Assembly: GCF_006345805.1 (NCBI RefSeq)
Contig: NC_043002.1
Location: 39,742,001-39,806,000, forward strand
Length of the DNA stretch: 64,000 bases
Source: Octopus sinensis
Lineage: Eukaryota
Direction of reading: 5' to 3'
Shown here: positions 12,086 through 25,515 of the stretch, piece by piece
Layout of the letters: the number at the start of each line of letters is the position of its first letter
Position numbering within the stretch: position 1 is the stretch's first letter
Notes under the pieces: generated by a model
Databases searched by the model: none
The model's input: only the letters and a program-made list of their open reading frames with translations
What the model was told of the DNA's origin: nothing
Program-made: the position numbers and the translations under genes

Positions 12086-13865
12086 TACATGTATACATAT
12101 ATATATATATGTATGTATGTATTTATGTGTGTATGTATCTGTTTTTGCTTGACAACTGATGTTGATGTGTTTATGTCCCTGTAACCTAGCAGTTTGGCAA
12201 AAATGACCAATAGAATAAGTACTAGGCTTACAAAGAATAAATCCTGGGGTTGATTTCTTCAACTAAAAACCCTTTAAGGCGGTGTTCCAGCATGCCTGCA
12301 ATCAAATAACTAAAACAAGTAAAAGAATATATATAGAGCTACATTGTCCAATGTTTATACATATATGTGTGTGTGTATTTAAAGCAGAAAAATTAGATTT
12401 GAGAGAGATATAGCCCCTATTTTTAGTAGAATGAGTTTCCACATAGAGGCCTCCTTTGTAACAAATAATTTCTTTCTTGCCAAGCAATTTTTTCATACAA
12501 GACAAAACAAAACAATGATGATTGAATTTTCATTAGTATCAGATATTTTTTTTATTCTTTTATGCGTTTACTTGTTTCAGTCATTTGACTGTGGCCATGC
12601 TGGAGCACTGCCTTGAAGGGTTTTAGTTGAACAAATCGCCCCCAGGACTTTCTGTTTTTAAGCCTATTATTTATTCTATCGATCATTTTTGCCAAACTGC
12701 TAAGTTACAGGGACATAAACACACCAACACCAGTTGTCAAGTGGGAGGGGGGACAAATACAAACACACACAAAGACAGACATACATATATATGATGGGCT
12801 TCTTTCAGTTTCCATCTACTAAATCTATTCACAAGGCTTTGATTGATCTGAGGCTATAGAAGAAGACACTTGCCCAAGATGCTACACAATGGGACTGAAC
12901 CCAGAATCATGTGGTTGGGAAGCAATGCTTCTTACCACACAGCCATACCTGTGCCTATATGTGTAACTTTTAAACGCAGACAATGAGACATTTAGCATTT
13001 AAATCAGCCGTATTCAACCCAAATATTTATGTTTTATGTTTAAACTGGCCAAATCTGGTTTTTCCCACCTATTCTACCCAGTGTCATTCTGAAAATAAGC
13101 AATCACAGCACTGAAATCTTGAAGATCTGAGATAATTCATGATAAATTCAAAACAATGTGAATAAATAAGTATTACGTTTGACAGCGTAGTCTGAATGCT
13201 AAAGGATTAGTGTGTTGGCTGAATCTAATAGATTGAAGATTAGCAGAGTTAAGTTTCTACAGATTAGTTAGCAATGACAAAGGCATTTTTTGATATAGTT
13301 AGAAGGAGGAACAGCCAGCATGATTTTTGTGAAGTTTTCACTTGGTGGCTAGTGGTAAATCAAAGAAGACAAGTAGGGATGTCAGATTAACAGATTGCAA
13401 TGAAAAAATATCGCTGCAAACTGTGTCTTGACTAGCAAATAGGTTAATAAATAGTTTAATAAAACTGCAGGAAATGAATATTAAGAAGGGTAACCAGAGA
13501 TGAAATGGAACAATTTTGATTGGTTACTAAACATTAACACAAGAGATAATCAGTGATAAGAGATGTACAGTAGTAGTTTTGTAGATGTGTGGCAGTGACT
13601 TAAAAATGCCATAGAAAAATAGCTGTAAGTAATATATTTCTCACTTGATTCAGTTTTTGGACTGTGGCCATGCTGGGGCACTACCTTAAAAGCTTTTTTA
13701 AGTCTGGTATTTATTCTAGTGGTCACTTTTGCTGAACTGCTATGTTATGGGGATGTATACAAACCAACATCAGTTGTTAAGCAGTGGTGGCAGACACACG
13801 AAGACATAAACACACACACATGCACACATGAAGACACAAACACACACATACATACACACACATAT

Positions 13866-14218
13866 ATATGCAAAAGAAAATTTAGAAAATGGAGCATTAA
13901 ATATAATTTATTATCTGCAAAAATCCAACATATTCTCTCGCAGCTATTTCAATTTAGCCTAAAAGATTAAATTACAATAATTAAACTATTGTATTAGGCA
14001 AAATCTCATCAGAGATGAATTGAAAACAAAACACTTAATACTATAATGGTATATCTGTTTTACTCCTCTGATGAGATTTTGCCTAATACAATGATTCAAT
14101 TATTGTATTTTAATCTTTTAGTCTACATTGAAACAACTGTAAGAGAATATGTTGGTTTTTGCAGATAATAAATTATATCAATGCTACATCTCCATTTTCT
14201 AAGTTTTCTTTTGAATAT
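13866..14218. mobile_element. Foldback MITE with ~155-bp imperfect inverted arms
   Basis: 13866-14024 is reverse-complementary to 14066-14218 (e.g. GTATTAGGCAAAATCTCATCAGAG / CTCTGATGAGATTTTGCCTAATAC). Confidence 0.8.
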
Positions 14219-14361
14219 TTATAAACCAAGATTTGTATTTATTGTTATTCACAAAAAATTCCAGGCAATGAACCAGTAATTCATTAGATATTATTACTAT
14301 CCCTTAATGAGGCTATTTTAACCTCTAATTGAATATATATAATAAATATATATATTTATTT

Positions 14362-14680
14362 ATTTATTTATGTGCCCTTTTCAAACCTAGCCAGGCTAAT
14401 GGGCCCGGTTTCCCGGTTTCTATGGCATATGTGTTCCCCCCAGCTGGACGAGCCACTAGTCCATCACAGCATTACTCAAGAAACAGGAAGAAAGAGTGAG
14501 AGAAAGTTGGAGCAAAAGAGTACAACAGGGGTTGCCACCCCCCGCCTGCTGGATCCTCATGGAGCTTTAGGTGTTTCTGCTCAATAAACACACACAACGC
14601 CCTGTCTGGGAATCAAAACCGCAATCCTCCGACCACAAGTCCACTGCCCTAACCACTGGGCCATTGCGCCTCCACCCCAC
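14362..14680 (-). mobile_element. tRNA-derived SINE (family C) with (TTTA)n tail
   Basis: GGAGGCGCAATGGCCCAGTGG head and GGTTTTGATTCCC B-box on the minus strand; related copies at ~28515-28760 and 57820-58075. Confidence 0.8.
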
Positions 14681-15199
14681 AGAGTGGTTGGTGTTAGGAA
14701 GGGCATTCAGCTGTAGAAACACTGCCAGATCAGACTGGAGCCTGGTGCAGCCTCCTGGCTTCCTAGACCCCAATCAAACCGTCCAACGATGATGATGATG
14801 TATATATATATATATATATATTCCACACAATTTCCATTTGTTAAATTCACTCATAAGGCATTTGTCAGCTCAGGGCTATAGTAGAAGATACTTGCCCAAG
14901 GTGCTACACTATGGGACAGAACCTAAAACCACATGGCTGCAAAACATGTTCCACACAGTCATGTCAGCATCTATGTATTTATAAAATAACAAACAGCAGC
15001 TACACCTTCCTCAAATTATATTCTATTGTCTTACAAAAACAAAAAAAACAAAGGAAAAGACAGAACAGGTAAGTTAACATTCTCAATATCTCTAAAAATA
15101 TGGTAATATTTACTGCTGGCTAAGATGTTTTCAATCATTGGTCTGTTCAAGGAAACTGAACAACAATGAAGGAGTTTCTAAATGTTATGATAAATAATA

Positions 15200-15650
15200 A
15201 TAATAATGAAATTATTGTATACAGTGCTCAGGTGCACCACAACTTGTTAAAAGTGCATGTAAAGCATATGCAGTGATGTACAAATGTCTGGAAAGTGAAC
15301 AGTGTATGAGTCAGATACATGCTTGCATGTGTATGGAGGGGAGAAAATCAGGTGTAGTGTTGGCAAATCTCAGGAAGCATGGAAGTTTTGAAGTTTGCAG
15401 TGCTCCAACAACTAACAACTGATGCCGGCAGTTTGTTCCATACTTCAGCAACTCTTAGCATGAAAAGATGTTTTCAAAAGGCATGGGAGCTGTGCTGTTT
15501 TCTGACTTTGTAAACATGTCCACAGGTGTTAGACAGGTGGAGTTTGAAAAGGTGCTCAGAGTTATTGTTTGTAAGATGGTTAATAATTTTATGGGTGTCT
15601 ACCAAGTCAGCTGCCAGACATCGGAGTTTCAATGTATCCATGAAAGGAGA
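15200..15650 (-). mobile_element. CR1/L2-type LINE 3' end
   Basis: DTLKLRCLAADLVDTHKIINH..HLFKL..NTCGHVYKVRKQH, typical of the CR1 ORF2 C-terminus, followed by a (TAA/ATT)n tail. Confidence 0.8.
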
Positions 15651-17884
15651 GAGAGAGAGAGAGATACATACATATATACATACATGTACAATGTGCTTGA
15701 GAAGACATGTCAAATTAAGTAAAATTGCGGTTGTCTTTGCATACAAGCATGTCCCCTGCATCCCCCTCCAGCTGAGCATTTCTTATCTTATTTCTTTATT
15801 GCCCACAAGGGGCTAAACATAGATATGACAAACAAGGACAGACAAAAGGAATAAGTCAATTACATCGACCCCAGTGCATAACTGGTACTTAATTTATCGA
15901 CCATGAAAGGATGCAAGGCAAAGTTGACCTCGGTGGAATTTGAACACAGAACATAACAACAGACGAAATACCATTAAGTATTTCCCCCCGCGTGCTAATG
16001 TTTCTGCTAGCTCGCTGCCTTCCTAATCTGAGCATTCCCAATCTTGTGGGCCCGTGGGTGCTCATGTCACATAAAAAGCACCCATACTGGTTCCACATAA
16101 AAACATCCATACTGGTGCTGTGTAAAAGCACTAAGTATGCCCTGTAAAGTGGTTGGCATTAGGAAGGGCATCCAGCTGTAGAAACCATGCAAAAACAGCC
16201 ATGCAGCCTGGGCAGCTCTTCAGCTAACCAGCTCCTGTCAAACCATCTAACCTATGCTAGCATGGAAAACAGACATTAGAGGATGATGATGGGCTTTTTT
16301 CAGTTTTCATCTACCAAATCCACTCACAAGGTTCTGGTTGGCCTTGGGCCATAGAAGAAGATACTTACCCAAGGTGCCACACACAGAGACTGAACCAAAA
16401 ACCATGTGGTTCAGAACCAAACTTCTTACCACACAGCCACACCTAAAATGAGGAACCTCACAGGAATATGCTGAAACAGCTGAACAGAGGACACTACATT
16501 TTACTGTATTTATTTCAAACTTTGCTTTAGTGATCTATATACTGACTGTCAGCAACATAAGAGGATTGATTCAGTCGACTAAGCATAAGCTTCCTCTCTA
16601 AATTACAAAAATGTAGCCTTGTACTGAGTAACAAGGAATCAATAATGGCCAGAAGAGAGTTAAAAGAGAAAAATATAAATCCATATAGATGCCTGTTTGT
16701 GGAAATCTCAGTTGTCATAATCTATATGAAATCATAGTTTAAGGTTATTTAAGGTTTCCCATTAAGTGAAGGATTTATACTGCTTTCTCTTATTTAACTT
16801 CAGCATTCACACACATAGAATCACCCAAATATTCACATACATGTGTGTGCATGTGCGTATTATCATCACCATTGCTTTCATATTCATGTTTCCATGCTTG
16901 CATCAGTCAGATGGAATTCATCGATACAGATTCCTGTTTCCAAATCTCATCTGTTCCCCAGCAAGGTAAGATTTCTTCATAGCCAGACATGTTTTCATGG
17001 TAGATTGGAAACAAATAACATTGCTTGTTTGGCAGTGGTGCTTGCTCACAACCAGCATGTGATGTCAAGACAGGGAGACAGACACTCATACACTCACACA
17101 TTATCATTATCATAATTTAATGTCCCTTTTTCCATGCCAGCATGAGTTGGACATTTCGATGTGAACATTTCAAGCTAGAGGGCTGTGCCAAGTTCTGTTG
17201 ACTGCCTTGGGTTTCTACAGATAGATACTCTTCCTAATGCCAACCACTTCACAGAGTGTGAAGAGTGTTTCTTACATGGCACCAACACCAATGGGGCCAC
17301 CAATTATTTACAGGATAAGAAACTGCCTCAACTGAATGGGGTATAGAGTTGAGCAATAAGAAACTAGGGTAGAGGGACAGGAACAGGTGTTTTGTTGAGG
17401 AGGTGAATACATGGCTTGCCCATCCGGAAAGAGAGAAAGTTATGAGGTCAAGGTGTAGGTGAATATGAACGACAGAATAGGATAGAGGAGCAGAAAAAGT
17501 AGATGTGTAGGAAAGTCTACCGAGGAGAATAATGTAAAAGATAATTAGAGTTAGGGGATGAGTTGAACACAGAGAATATTGATTCAGTGGAGGGAAAGTA
17601 AAGTAAGGAAATAGGGCAACACAGAAGATTGAAGGAAGAATGGAAGTTAAAAGATGAGTTATGGAGGAAAGCTTGACAGAACCACAATTCTGCTAAGATG
17701 GACAGGTCATTTGATGTAGAGCATATTGCCATTAGTCTGAGTCCCTACCATCTTCTCTGAGAGATTCAAAGTCTTGAGGTCAATCTTCTCCACTTTGTTC
17801 CATGTCTCCTATTGCACAGCTTCCTTCTACATTTAGCGATTGACACTTCTTTATATAGCTGCCTTTGTCCATCTGCATCACGTT

Positions 17885-19179
17885 CAGATTCAGCTTTCAG
17901 AACTAGGTCATTAGAATATAGAAGTTACCACAAAAAGCTAGTTTTAAACTCCTCCGTTATAGTCTGGAACTCTATAATGAAGTAAACAGGCCTGAAAGCC
18001 AAGCCCTGATGGAGTCATATTAGCTTACTAAATTTCTTGTTAAACTCATTGCTGACTTTAGCCTCACTGGCACCACCTCTGCATATGATTAGCTAACAGC
18101 ACATCTGTACGTGACTTGCTAACAGCACATCTGTACGTGACTTGCTAACAGCACCTCTATATAAGACCTGTTGGTAGTATCTTTGCACATGACTTGCTTG
18201 CAGCATCTCTGTATGAAACTTGCATTGCTCTCTTAAACCATTTGCCTTCGGGATTTATTTTTGTTTTGTTTTTGTTTTTTAACAATCACCAAATAACAGA
18301 TTATGAAACTCAGTCAAAGTTTTTACCTAAATCAATGAATACTAGAAATAATGGCCTGCTCTTTGCTAAGAGTTCCTGTTGTTGTGTCATAGGAAGAGGA
18401 TGTTAGTACTACCTGATTCTGACACAAACACAAACTGCTTCTCATTTCAACTTATTCGTTTTTTTAATTAGTTGTACCATAATTCTTTATTACTTACATA
18501 GTGTTATCCATCAGTTTCATTTTCTCTATCTACTTCTTTCTAGAGCATCTCATCCATCCTTATAATAGTTGATAATGACACTGCTATGGCAATCATGGGG
18601 AATTACTCCTTTTTGGACTACATGATTGTCTATATAAGATGTTAACATGTCTTATTTCCCTGGGTACTTCCAGCCTGTTAACAACTTTCTCTGACATTAA
18701 GTCTGCTTCCCCTAATTTTATATTTTTATGGCCATTTTGACCATATAACTAGTACTATTACTGGCTGTTCTTGGGGGTAGTTCTCCTCTCATCCATGGAT
18801 TTTTATTCAGTAAACTCTTGTGGAAGAATTTCCATGCCTTCTTCTTGGTGTTGATGACAGTGATCACACCACTGTCCAAGTATAAATGCTTTTTATCAAT
18901 AACACTCTGATTCATATCAACATACTGTTTCTGAAATCTGGAATGCCTTGTGTATCTGATCTTCATGTCACAGAACATTAACAAGCCTCTTACTTTCTAC
19001 TTCTCTTTTTGCTGAATATACTACTTCTAGCTTCTTGATACTGTTCCTTACTCTTCCTCATTTGTTTCTCACTCATTCTATGTCTGTCTTTGAGCTTTTA
19101 TGGCTCTGTTTATTACACCATTCCATGACCATGTCACCATCCGCTGTTCTGATGTGGCTTGTTAAAGAACTTGTACTTA
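17885..19179. repeat. Source of a 1.3-kb segment duplicated in inverted orientation at 28983-30291
   Basis: Reverse-complement match along the whole length (roughly 93-96% by eye); matching ORF pairs 18194/29767 and 18718/29179. Confidence 0.95.
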
Positions 19180-19400
19180 TTTTCTATGTTATAAGAAGTC
19201 ACTATCTCTCTTTCTTTTTTGCAACATATGTGTCAACAAGAACTTCTCTGAAACTACATGGAACAGAGAATCTTTCAGCTTCTATACATTCCTTCTCCAG
19301 ATAGTCTTGTGTCACTGAGGCTGACTAGTTCATGCTATGATGTCACTAATCATGAATCTATGCAGAGAGGTGCATTCCTCTCTGGAGAAAATCTTTGTAC
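18730..19400 (-). mobile_element. Decayed RTE LINE fragment (post-endonuclease region)
   Basis: Decayed translation resembling ..FANVLRREDQR..KKAWK..LLNK; continues beyond the duplicated segment. Confidence 0.55.
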
Positions 19401-19568
19401 TAACAACTGTAACCAATAAAAATGCATTATATTTATTATTAGCTGTAATGTTTATTTAAGTTTTGTGCCAACAAGTTCATTTTCATGACAGTTTAATATA
19501 GCAAAATGACATGTCCCTTTTCCCATCTGAATAATGTGCAAATGTTTTTATATCTATATTCCTCTATC

Positions 19569-19601
<33 letters not shown>

Positions 19602-19640
19602 ATATATATATATATATATATAGATAGATAGATATATAGA

Positions 19641-19691
<51 letters not shown>

Positions 19692-19696
<5 letters not shown>

Positions 19697-20229
19697 GTTA
19701 AATATTTGTTGTGCAAGATTTTTTATGTGAAGTCGTGTGTGAAACAGATATTGTTATATTTCGGAATGGTCATATTGCCAGTTTAGCCAATAAAAACACA
19801 CGCACTATATATTTGGTGTTATTTTGCTTCAGTGATATTTATTTTTTACATTAATCTTAATCTTATTTCGGCCAAAGTTCTTTCGTCACACTCCTGTGAC
19901 CGCATCAGTGGTCCTTTGTTTTCTTCTCACTTACTTGTGTCTCTCCTTACTAACCGTCAGCCATTTTGTATTTCTATTGTATGTCTTCATTTGCGCATGC
20001 TTATATCTCTATGTGCGTCTATGTTTATTTAGGTGTGTGTGAGGGGGATGCCTGTAATATTTGTATCTTCTGGTTATATACATTCTTGTAATTTGTATTT
20101 TGTTTTTGTTGTTGTTGCTTTTGTTCTAATTTTGTTCATGTGTTTACATCCACCCATTATTATCATTACATATGCTTGTATGTATGTATAACAACAATAT
20201 TAGTAATAATAATAATAAATCTAATTGAA

Positions 20230-20263
<34 letters not shown>

Positions 20264-21018
20264 CTATATATATATATATATATATATATCATCATTCATC
20301 ATCATCATCATTAGCGTCCGTTTTCCATGCTAGCATGGTTGGACGGTTCTACTGGGGTCTGTGAAGCCAGAAGGCTTATCAGGCCAGTCAAATCTGGCAG
20401 TGTTTACGGCTGGATGCCCTTCCTACGCCAACCACTCCGTGAGTGTAGTGGGTGCTTTTTATATATATATATATATATACATATATACACACACATATAC
20501 ACATATACATACACATATACATATATATAGTTATTCATTTCTATTTCTTTAATTATCTGTGTATTTATTATGTTTGCAGGATCCACTATCGTCATATGTT
20601 GTGGTGTGCGCTATTGCTCCATTCTAGTTTTCTATTCAGGCTAGGTTTATTTTCTATTATATGTGTAGCTTCTGTAATTTGTCTAATTGTTGCATCTGTT
20701 ATATGTGTGGACAATATCTTAATCTCTATGTTATTGATTGATCCCCCGTGTTCTTGTTCAGCGTGTTGGTACAGAATCGATGAGCTTTTACCTTCCTTGA
20801 GTTGTCTCCAATGTTCATTCACCTGCTCACCAATGCTTCTTGCTGTTTCCCCTACATATGTTACTGTCTTGTTACTGCATCGTCCCTCTATACATCTTAT
20901 ACTATAGACCACATTTCTGGCTTTACAGTTTGTTTGTGGGCTAAATCTACATACAGTGCAATAGTTATCCGTACAGAGAGTTCTACTAAAAGGATAGCTT
21001 CTACCAATTATAGATCCA
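19692..21018 (-). mobile_element. Penelope-like element 3' part: Cys-rich linker, GIY-YIG endonuclease and terminal region, interrupted by a SINE tail and TA tracts
   Basis: Open frame 21018-20592: LCTDNYCTVC..NCKARNVVYSIRC..YVGETARSIGEQVNEH..LYQHAEQEH..E..I..NKPSLN. Flanked by (TA)n. Confidence 0.85.
19872..19911 (-). ncRNA. Degenerate type-I hammerhead ribozyme candidate
   Basis: Minus strand CCA-CTGATGCG-GTCAC-AGGAGT-GTGAC-GAAA-GAAC-TT-TGG. Stems I and II are present but the core deviates from CUGANGA. Confidence 0.3.
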
Positions 21019-21024
21019 TATATA

Positions 21025-22395
21025 TCATCATCACCATCATCATTATATCATTGTTTAATGTCCGTTTTCCATGCAGGCATGGGTTGGACGATTCAACTGG
21101 GATCGGGGAAGCCAGGAGGATGCACCAAGCTCCAATCTGATCTGGCAATTCCACTGGCACAGGGGCCAGAGGGGGCTGGCAACAACCACGATTGCTTGGT
21201 GCTTTTGACATGCCACCGGCACAGAAACCAGTCAAGGCGGCACTGGCATTGGTCACGTTCGGATGGTGCTTTTTACATGATCCGGTGGATGAGCCTATGC
21301 ATGTCTTCAGCAGTCATGGCCCATGTTTCACTGCCATGAAGCATGGCAGTTCACATACATGCATCATACAATCTACCTTTCACTCTGAGCAAGAGGCCCT
21401 TTGTCACCAGTAGGGATAGGTGCTATCTAAACTTTGCCCAGGCTATTCTTATTCTAGTGGTAACACTCTCTGAGCATCCGGCCCCACTACAGACTTGGTC
21501 ACCTAGGTAGTGGAAGCTATCAACTACTTATAGTTTCTCCTCCTGGCATGTGATGGAATCTGTTTTCTGAGCATCTGTGGTGTCTATTGCCCCTGCGCAT
21601 CTGCCGCACATGAAAGCTATCTTCCTGGTTAATCTTCCTTTGATGTTGCTGCACCTCTTATGTGTCCATAGCTTACACTGGGTACATCTTATGGAGTTTC
21701 TACCTACACCTTTTCTACAAACTGAGCAGGGCCACCTACTTGAAGGGGTGTGTGATGTGTTCGCCTTCCTACTTACTAGAACTTTGGTCTTTGCAACATT
21801 GATTCTAAGGTTCTTTGATTCTAAATCTTGCTTCCACATCTGAAATTTCATCACTAGTTCTGGTAGTGATTCTGCTATGAGGGCCAGGTCATCAGCATAA
21901 AGGAGCTCTCAGGGATAACCTATCTTGAATTCCTCTGTTATTACGTGGAGGACTATGATGAATTAGAGGGGCTGAGGGCTGATCTTTGGTGGACCCCTAC
22001 TTCTACCTGAAATTCTTCACTATACTCATTGCCAACCCTAATCTTACTAACAGCATCTCTGTATAGGGCCTGTACAGCTCTTATTAACCATTTGTCAATC
22101 CTCAGTTTCCACATCACCCACCAGATAAGGGATTGGGGGACCCTGTCAAAGGCTTTCTCCAAGTTCACAAAAGCCAAGTATAGGGGTTTATCTTTGGCTT
22201 GGTATTTCTCCTGCAGTTGCTGTACCAGGAATATAACATCGGCAGTGCTTCTACCTGGCACAAAACTGAACTGCATCTCATCTAAGTAGACTCTCTCCCT
22301 ATGACTCCCTCCATGACCTTCATCACCTGATCCAACAGTTTGATACCCTTGTAGTTATTTCTATCTAAAGCATCACCTTTACCCTTGTAGCAGTT
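21025..22395 (-). mobile_element. RTE LINE, 5'-truncated, RT domain to 3' tail
   Basis: YLAFVNLEKAFDRVP, ELLYADDLAL, CSVCRKGVGRNSIRCTQCKLWTHKRC motifs; frameshifts; shared (CAT)n 3' tail. Confidence 0.9.
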
Positions 22396-24039
22396 GATAT
22401 ACATATATAAGCTTCTTTCAGTTTCCATGTACCAAATCCACTCACAAAGCTTTGGTTGGCCTCAAATGGATGAAAAGGCAAATTTGACTTTGGTGGGATT
22501 TAAACTGAACTAAGAGTACAGAGTCAGAACAAATACCACAAAGCATTCCATCCAATGCTCTAACAACCCTACCAAGTATGAGCCAACAAAGGATTCTCTA
22601 TGTAGTCATCCAACATACTAGAAATAGCAGTGAAATCTCCTGCAAATAGATCCTATTCCCTCAAGAAGAAATACTGCAGTCCTACATGCATTTAAAAAGA
22701 CAAAATGGTTATGGCTGGAGTGAATTTAATTAGAAGTCTACTGAACCAGGATAGACCAGGAGCTAAATAGCAATGACAATAATATCTACTTTTTGCCGGA
22801 ATTATATCTTTTATTCTTTTATTCTTTTACTTGGTTTCAGTTATTTGACTGCAGCCATGCTGGAGCACTACCTAAAAGGGTTTTTTTAGTTGAAGAAATT
22901 AACCTCAGGACTTATTCTTTGTAAGCCTAGTACTTATTTTATCAGGCTCTTTTGTCAAACTGGTAAGTTACAGGGGATGTAAACACACTGACATTAGTAG
23001 TCAAGCAATGGTGGGGGACAAACATAGACACAAAGACACACACACACATATACACAATGGGCTTCTTTCAGTTTCTATCTACCAAATCCACTCACAAGGC
23101 TTTGGTTGACCCAAAGCTATAGTAGAAGACACTTGCTGAAAGTGTCACACAGTGGGACTGAACCGGAAACCATGTGGTTGGGAAGTAAACTTCTTACCAC
23201 AGAGCCACAAATTAATTTGAGTGGTAGCGGTGCTGGAGTAGGAATGTGTAGACAGTCTCTTTTAATATCTTAGAAACTAGTTTCAATTCCATCTGAAGAT
23301 CTGGATATATAATTCTGTTGACATTTATTGTGCCTACATGAAGAACTGAACCAGAGCTTGTTAGCTTACTGTCTTGCTCAAAAACATTTTAACTTGATGA
23401 GTAATTTTCCATAATTATCTGAAGTGTTTTCACCACAAAACATACATATATAACTAGGACTTAAACACACACAAAACATATACAAATACACACACATGTA
23501 CACACCACTTACTAAATATTAAAATTGTAAGAAGACAGCTGGAATAAATATATACATATATAAGCAGAAAAATAATATCTTTTCATATTGTGTTGGTCTA
23601 TATATTTTAATTCTTAACAAACACACACATACACAATTTTCCCACACTAAATGTAGAATATACACACATTTACCAATTGTATACCTAAAAGATTAAATCT
23701 CAGTAACAATTCATAATACTGTGATTAAAAAAAAAAATAATGTATACATATGAGTGTGTGTGTATGTATGGATATATATACATTTATGTGTATGTATGGA
23801 TACATATGTACTTATATATATGCAGGATCGTTAGCATGCCGGGCGAAATGCTTAGCGGTATTTCGTCTGCCATTTCGTTCTGAGTTCAAATTCTGCCGAG
23901 GTTGACTTTGCCTGTCATTGTTTCGGGGTCGATTAAATACGTACCAGTTATGCATTGGTGTCAATGTAATCAACTTAATCCCTTTGTCTGTCCTTGTTTG
24001 TCCCTCTATGTTTAGCCCCTTGTGGTCAATAAAGAAATA

Positions 24040-24165
24040 TATATATACATATCTATATATATATATATATATATATGCATATATTTATATATATGTATGT
24101 GTGTGTGTGTACATGTATATGTGTTTGTGTGTATAGATATATATATTTTCATGTATATATATATG

Positions 24166-24259
<94 letters not shown>

Positions 24260-24305
24260 TACATATATATGTGCGTGTGTGCATGTGTATTTATATATAT
24301 ATGCA
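24040..24305. repeat. Long (TA)n/(TG)n microsatellite
   Basis: Direct reading; others at ~19600, 28826, 31490, 53760, 56340-57055 and 63760. Confidence 0.95.
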
Positions 24306-24843
24306 CAAGTATTATATATCTCCCAATGATATTTCAAAACTGCTGAAAAGTAAAGTTATATTTTATTTCATGAAAGACATAAAAAAAAAAAATCTATATA
24401 TACCATCTGTATAAAAACTCATTTAATCATTTTTCTTTTCTTTTATTGTTCCTTTTTTTCTGCTTCTGTTATTGCTATATTTTCTTTCAATGCATTGAAT
24501 TCTTTACTTTTCTTCTTCTTCTTTTTCTTTTTTCACTTTTTGGATTTGTGGAAAGCAATTGGTTTGGTTTGATAACAGTGCCATTGTGTTGCTTAGCAAC
24601 TGCTTCGCAAGAAATCCTCATTAACAATTCAAGAAACTCCATTAATCTTCTCTTTTCTCTCCATGTTATTGCTTTTTGCATTAGCTCTTCTCTCTTCTAT
24701 CTCTTCTGTCTGTCTTTCTCTTTCTCTACACATCATTTCACCACTTCTTTCACTATGCCTTCTAGTTTAATAAAAGCACTTTCTCTGTTAACTTGATTGC
24801 TAATAAAACTTTAAAAATCATATGTATATATATATATATATAT

Positions 24844-24875
<32 letters not shown>

Positions 24876-25481
24876 AAAGACAAATCCATTTAATATAGCT
24901 GATAATTAACACATCTAATTTCTTTTTTTGAAAAAATTGCATTTATAACTATTTAAATACTGGTAACAGTTCTGAGTTTAAAAGTCTGAATTCTTTCTAT
25001 AGTTCCTGATCTTTTTTCCAACAATACAAGATGGTTAAACTAACAGTTCTTCAGATTCGCTTAAAATCTTACAAATACAAACAAATTTCTGCAAACGAAA
25101 TTGTGTGTGTGTGTGTGTGCACGTGTGCATGCATGTGCATATAGCAGTGTGACATTCAATACTAACAAAAGATATTCTAGAATTAATTCTTTTTTTTTTT
25201 TTTGGAGAAAGTGGTGAATGTGTGGGGTGGAGAATAGCAATTCAAACAGTCATGCAAGATATTTAATTTTCTTCTATAAAACTTGAGTGTCTTCTCAAGC
25301 TGATAGCAGTAAACATTTCGTTTCTAATATATTTATACACACCTTGTTAGCATAGCTTGTTTGTAGTTAAGCAAATGACTGTTGTTTTTTTTCTTTTCTT
25401 TTTCTTTTCATTTGCTCGTTGGCAAAAATAACGCACACCCACTGAATAAAGGAAAATGTTTGTGTAAACAGAAATGCTTTC

Positions 25482-25515
<34 letters not shown>

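Larger units (their letters stand above)
6513..18570 (+). pseudogene. PGGT1B: Decayed geranylgeranyl transferase type I beta (PGGT1B)-like gene, copy 1 (dispersed exon remnants)
   Basis: Colinear translated remnants compared by eye with human PGGT1B as remembered. 6513-6654 LDVSQQKIVL ~ LETSRLTIAF; 7030-7140 VDWNQQQLNVL ~ IEWIYSLQVL; 8495-8606 NPSKAP = NPSKAP; 10652-10778 FDYRNIT..ILFFLDDLMNV ~ YDSGHIA..VILGDDLSRV; 16445-16600 AETAEQRTLHF..VIYIL ~ PEGSENDMRF..ICYML; 17902-18010 VLNSSVIVWNSIMK*TG ~ ELNRIKRWCIMRQQNG; 18281-18370 QITDYETQSKFL..FAK ~ QYTNFEKNRNYI..FAK; 18412 PDS. Several pieces have AG/GT borders in compatible phases (e.g. CAG|GTAAGA at 7409). Stops and frameshifts occur in the 3' half. 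Confidence 0.5.

Noticed and set aside
24012-24414. Overlapping YI-repeat ORFs
   Set aside because: (TA)n microsatellite artefacts; the same applies to ORFs at ~53500-54075 and 56300-57145.
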